Assembly (NCBI RefSeq): GCF_001194135.2
Contig: NC_068989.1
Coordinates: forward strand, 35,688,552-35,725,155
Length of the DNA stretch: 36,604 bases
Direction of reading: 5' to 3'
Origin: Octopus bimaculoides
Taxonomy: Eukaryota
Shown: piece by piece, positions 34,321 to 36,604 of the stretch
How positions within the stretch are numbered: the stretch's first letter is position 1
How the letters are laid out: each line of letters starts with the position of its first letter
The notes under the pieces: model-generated
Told to the model about the DNA's origin: nothing
Databases searched by the model: none
The model's input: only the letters and a program-made list of their open reading frames with translations
Position numbers and translations under genes: made by a program

Positions 34321-35805
34321 CACACACAAATATGACAGACTTCTATATATTTTGGTCTTCCCAATTCCATCCACAAGGCTGTGGTAGGAGACACTCAAGG
34401 TACTGTGAAGTGGGATTGAACCTGTAGCTATATTGTTGTCAAGCCAATATGGCTATCACACAGTTACCAGAAAACTTAAAACAACTTCATAGAGTTGATA
34501 GTGAAAATATTAGCATGGCTAATTAACACAACTTTATTATTATCATTATTCTCCTCCAGTGCAGTAACTATTTTAGTTTTGTTAAAATGCCATAACAAAA
34601 TAATAAACATGGAATTAAAAATGTTTCATACATTTACATTGTGATGAAATAATGAGTGAATTGCCAAGAAAAACCAATGTGATAATAAATATTTATGGAT
34701 AGATTATAAATGAAAATGATATAACACACAGTGGACAAAAAGAAGGAGTAGAAAGGAGGAGAAGGAGGAGGAAGAAAGGAGGAAACAAGGAAGAGGGAGA
34801 GAGAAGGAAGGGAGGAGAGGGGAAGAGGAAAGGAAGAAGAAAGGTGGAGAAGGAGGAAAGGAAAAAGAAAGGAGGAAGAAAAGAAGAAATAATACATTGC
34901 TGGTTTATATGTGAGACGGGGTGAATGTGTGGTGAATATTGACATACATATGTATACAAAACTGTAACGAAATGCAGCTAATTATGACAGAAAGGTGAAA
35001 ACATCAAATAATCAAAAACAGCATCAATAACACAGATTAATAAGATTAAGGTAACATAATAAATTGATTAATATGATTGATTAATACAATAAAACAAAAT
35101 GATTAATAATAGATATTGGTTAATATAATAAAAATAAATACATAAATATATATAACAAAAAAGTAGTACAACATAATAAGACAGACATAGAATACAAGAC
35201 CAGTACTTTGCTACAAGTATTAATTTATAGACTAAAGTGTTACCATTTATAACAAACTAATAGTTATTATTAACACTAACTAGAGTGACAAAATTACTAA
35301 ATCTCAGATTAGTATTACACCAGTTATGTCACAAACTAGTAGACAAACAGAAAACTGTTACAAACTAACTCACAGCCAAGTCATTAATAACTGATGAACT
35401 AATGTAATATTAATAATGTAATGTAGTATATTATAATCAGTAACTAACTATTACATATTAAAGTCACAACCTGATGTATTAACATTTATGAATGTGTATG
35501 TATATAAATATATATATATATATAAGTCACACACACAAATATGACATACTTCTGCATAGTTTCTGTCTACCTAATTCCATCCACAAGGCTATTGTAGGCG
35601 CTGTGAAGTGGGATTGAACTTATAGTCATACTGTTGTCAAGCCAATGTGATTACCACACGGCTACCAAGAAGCTTAAAACAACCTCATACAGTTGATAGT
35701 GAGAATATTACCGTGATACTACACTGTGTAACTAACTACATAAATGACTTTTATTGATATGTCCCATGGTTTGATGTGGTTAATTAACACATTATCATCA
35801 TCATC

Positions 35806-35855
<50 letters not shown>

Positions 35856-36112
35856 TACTATTATTATCATTATTATTCTCCTTCAATGAGGTAATTAACT
35901 ATTTTATTATTTTTTTAAAAATACCATTAGAAAATAATAATAAAATTGAAAACGTTTCATGCATAAAATTTCAGCTGAAATAATGAGTAATGCTAAGAAA
36001 AACTAAGGGAGTAGGAGAAGGAAGATGATGAGGAGAAGGGAGAAGGGGAAGGCAGAGGATGAGGAGGAAGAGGAAGGAGGTGGAGGAGAAAGGAAAAGGA
36101 GGAAGGAGGAAA
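34321..36112. repeat. Old direct duplication of a ~570 bp block (34321-34890 and 35529-36112)
   Basis: Collinear matches: CACACACAAATATGACA, AATTCCATCCACAAGGCT, CTGTGAAGTGGGATTGAAC, CTTAAAACAAC.TCATA.AGTTGATAGTGA.AATATTA, AATTAACACA, TGAAATAATGAGT, GGAGTAG followed by a GA-rich tract. Confidence 0.75.
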
Positions 36113-36221
36113 CTACCAAACCATATTCAGTAACTCAACAAATATCTTCCATTGATTTACTGACATTTTATTTCTTTATGTTGTACTTATTAGATTCCTG
36201 TTATGTAAGAAAGCAACAAGG

Positions 36222-36440
36222 CAGTGAACAGGCAGAATCATTAGCAAATCAGACAAAATGCTTAGTGGCATTTCTTCTGGTTCTTTATGTTCCAATTTCA
36301 AATTTTGCAAAGATCAACTTTGCCTTCCATCCTTTCAGGGTTGATAAAATAAAGTACCAGTGAAGTACTGGAGTTGATTTAATTGACTAAACCCTTCTCT
36401 TAAAATTGCTGGCCTTGTGCCTATAATAGAAATTATTATC
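36222..36440 (+). mobile_element. SINE family C
   Basis: GGCAGAATCATTAGC..CAACTTTGCCTTCCATCCTTTCAGGGTTGATAAAATAAAGTACCAG..GGCCTTGTGCC. Confidence 0.68.
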
Positions 36441-36604
36441 ATTGTTATTCTGAAAGACTCTTGGATAGTTCTTAATTACCAGTTATTCTTTACTTGAAAG
36501 CAGGCAATAACAAATCACCAAAGGTTTCTTTGTTACTGCCTACTTTGCCTATAATAGAAATTATTATTATTATTATTTTATGTTTGACTTTTGTTTTGCA
36601 TTTG

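Noticed and set aside
30752-36604. Search for the preceding LF-domain exon (expected HYYQP-like motif)
   Set aside because: No candidate with suitable splice sites and an open frame. The short MADHNDDAHPSFF ORF near 31850-31930 lacks exon boundaries.

Overview
AT-rich, microsatellite-rich animal genomic DNA with five N gaps. The SINE/LINE repertoire looks like an octopod cephalopod (inference, not verified). The backbone is the middle of a laminin alpha-3/5-type gene (LanA/epi-1/LAMA5 family) on the minus strand. I could delimit 19 GT-AG exons (30751 to 2211) with matching phases. They cover the end of the LF/IVb domain, LE repeats, the L4/IVa domain, more LE repeats and the start of the coiled coil. 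One further exon is required by phase and homology and most likely lies in the N gap 8846-9797. The gene continues beyond both window ends. The introns hold Penelope-like element pieces, a DD37D (maT) Tc1/mariner deletion derivative, RTE LINE 3' ends, R4/Dong-type RLE retrotransposon ends in (TAA)n, several SINE families, a MITE and minisatellites. The most notable structure is a ~300 bp head-to-head inverted repeat carrying two minimal hammerhead-ribozyme motifs. Its core is intact on the strand antisense to laminin and doubly mutated on the sense strand. No prokaryotic features, CRISPR arrays or true tRNA/rRNA genes were seen.
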